DNA of 64,000 bases from an uncultured cyanobacterium. GTDB taxonomy: Bacteria; Cyanobacteriota; Cyanobacteriia; Leptolyngbyales; Leptolyngbyaceae. The notes under the pieces were generated by a model. It was not told the origin of the DNA. It saw nothing but the letters and a program-made list of their open reading frames with translations, and did not search any database. Numbering within the stretch: the stretch's first letter is position 1; the number at the start of each line of letters is the position of its first letter. The translations under genes were made by a program, and so were the position numbers. The DNA lies in contig CAVYAN010000079.1 in NCBI GenBank assembly GCA_963766075.1, forward strand, positions 1 through 64,000. The letters run 5' to 3'. Below, one piece after another: positions 63,847 to 64,000 of the stretch.

Positions 63847-64000
63847 ATGACATCAAAAAAAATGAGAGTCTTGCTATCTGCCTTCGCGTGCCATCCGCAG
63901 AAAGGCTCAGAGGAGGGAGTGGGCTGGAACTGGTTAAAAGAGATTTCCCGAGAGAATGAAGTTTATGCGATAATTTGCTCCCATCTAGATCTAGATCAAG
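63847..64000 (+). CDS. Glycosyltransferase family 4, 5' end (runs off the window)
   Basis: MRVLLSAFACHPQKGSEEGVGWNW, similar to the N-terminus of 5636-6916. Confidence 0.75.
   Translation, partial: MTSKKMRVLLSAFACHPQKGSEEGVGWNWLKEISRENEVYAIICSHLDLDQ

Overview
Chromosomal segment of a cyanobacterium. The assignment rests on very dense HIP1 GCGATCGC octamers plus psbQ, CP12, a CpcT/CpeT lyase, ycf35 and the split-intein dnaE-C gene. Most of the window is core genome (galE, glf, rnr, ubiX, dnaE-C, purB, ald, purK, def, htrA, surE, leuD, prfC, glmM, trmB, pyrF), with polysaccharide loci near both ends. I found no rRNA, tRNA or CRISPR array. The most notable unexplained structures are: (1) a family of nested miniature mobile elements in intergenic DNA, where an empty-site paralogue inside the window supports a 405-bp MITE insertion with a TTA duplication; (2) a 21-bp tandem array, stop-free in all three minus-strand frames, directly upstream of an uncharacterised helical protein and next to a PemK-type toxin-antitoxin pair; (3) a candidate ~60-nt sRNA; (4) orphan gene fragments absent from or only partly captured by the ORF track (menD 3' end, Rpn/DUF4351, histidine-kinase tails, a DDE transposase); (5) short tandem duplications centred on stop codons; (6) seven single-base frameshifts in conserved genes that look like consensus/assembly artefacts rather than true pseudogenes. 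All product calls come from motif recognition by eye; no searches were run.
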